Source: Ramazzottius varieornatus (taxonomy: Eukaryota; Animalia; Tardigrada). From it: DNA of 64,000 nucleotides. Shown in pieces: positions 63,012 through 64,000 of the stretch. The notes under the pieces were generated by a model. The model did no database searches. It saw only the letters and a program-made list of their open reading frames with translations, and was not told where the DNA came from. The translations under genes were made by a program, and so were the position numbers. The stretch is taken from assembly GCA_001949185.1 (NCBI GenBank), contig BDGG01000001.1, positions 124,001 to 188,000 of the forward strand, written 5' to 3'. How positions within the stretch are numbered: position 1 is the first letter of the stretch; each line of letters opens with the position of its first letter.

Positions 63012-64000
63012 CGGGATGGTACTGAGAGTCCCTAGCGCCCTCTAAACGCATTGTAGGTAATCTGGGTCAGACTGATGTAAGCCGCCAATTCGACCACAAA
63101 ACCCACACCGTCTATAGAGGGCGATATAGACGCCGAGGCACCTGCACCCCTTGGTCTTCAACAACCGACACTGATGGTCGATAATAGTTGATATGGCTAG
63201 CTAAGTGCTCAGAAACAGAAGCAGAGTTTGGTCTGCTGGGAAAAAAACTCAAGAATCCGTCGTGGTAACCCTCTTGATTAGCATAGGAAATGACTGTGTT
63301 ACTTAGAAAGTGGTTAAGAAGCTAATACATATTATTCAGTTCTTTATGGCTGCACAGTTAACGTTAGTCCCAGAATGGCAGCCAGAGTTATCTGATGAGA
63401 GTTAGTCGAATTTTCTTACATGGCGTACAGCAAAGTGTTTCGGATGCTTGACTGAACTTACCTACCATAAGTGTGATTAGTTCCTAGTCGTAGAAGCTGA
63501 GTTCCGTAGATTCTGCTAGATTATATGTGCCGTTCGATTGATGGTATGCCAGATAATTGTTGGTAATTAGATGATTACTGTACAGCATCATTATATGGGC
63601 TTCGGCGGCCCATTTCCGTAAAGATCTTTTTTGGTCCCGAACCACCATTTTCTGACATCAAGTTGTTGGGAGTATCCAGGGAGATCGCGTGGTGAGGTCG
63701 CCACGCTTCGCCACGAGTAGAAGTCTCACAAGACTGTTCGCCCTTTTGAGAATGCTTTTCCGAAAATTCTGGGGTGGTTATCAGCTGAGATAAGCCCCAC
63801 ATGAGGGTTTTGTTTCAGAACAGGTGGAGGCGGAGTTTTTATTCTGCATGACGTCATGATGTTAGAGCTCTTTCCCTCAAAAGTTGGAACCGTTTCACGT
63901 TCTTGGGACGTAGCCATCTGACGATTGGTCAGACAGTCAAATGAACTCCGGCATCGTGTTCCTCGATGTTTGCTGCACTACAGCGCATCAGTGGTCGGCT

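Noticed and set aside
63575-63917. Two overlapping minus-strand ORFs at the window edge
   Set aside because: Possibly the 3' part of a gene outside the window, but there is no recognisable domain or consistent splice model.
1-64000. tRNA, rRNA or snRNA genes
   Set aside because: No cloverleaf, A/B-box pair or conserved rRNA segment recognised by eye; tRNAscan/Infernal would be needed to exclude them.

Overview
Eukaryotic (metazoan) genomic DNA with short GT-AG introns, tight gene packing and two 50-N assembly gaps. The style fits a compact invertebrate genome such as a tardigrade (inference, not verified). Bases 1-21,400 are a transposon/pseudogene zone: three decayed paralogs of a multi-exon Ly6/three-finger-like GPI-anchored gene, a defective Harbinger element and several MITEs. 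Bases 21,400-32,100 hold ANKEF1-like, an unknown gene, an MS4A/CD20-like gene with a foldback in its last intron, and PNO1. Bases 32,600-39,800 are a second TE graveyard (CACTA transposase, CRE-type LINE fragment, weaker Gypsy/Harbinger traces). Bases 40,200-63,000 are gene-dense: a ~2,120-aa PRUNE2/BNIP2-like BCH protein, a membrane-tethered GH35 beta-galactosidase, an unknown 2-TM gene, and a compact block of sperm/axoneme-type genes (RIB43A-like, STKLD1-like pseudokinase, an intronless TMEM81/SPACA1-like Ig protein, enkurin). The best leads are the TMEM81/SPACA1-like candidate fertilization protein inside that block, and a dispersed ~81-bp palindromic repeat with a near-fixed 25-nt spacer at six loci. 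All homology calls come from manual translation and recalled motifs; no searches were run.
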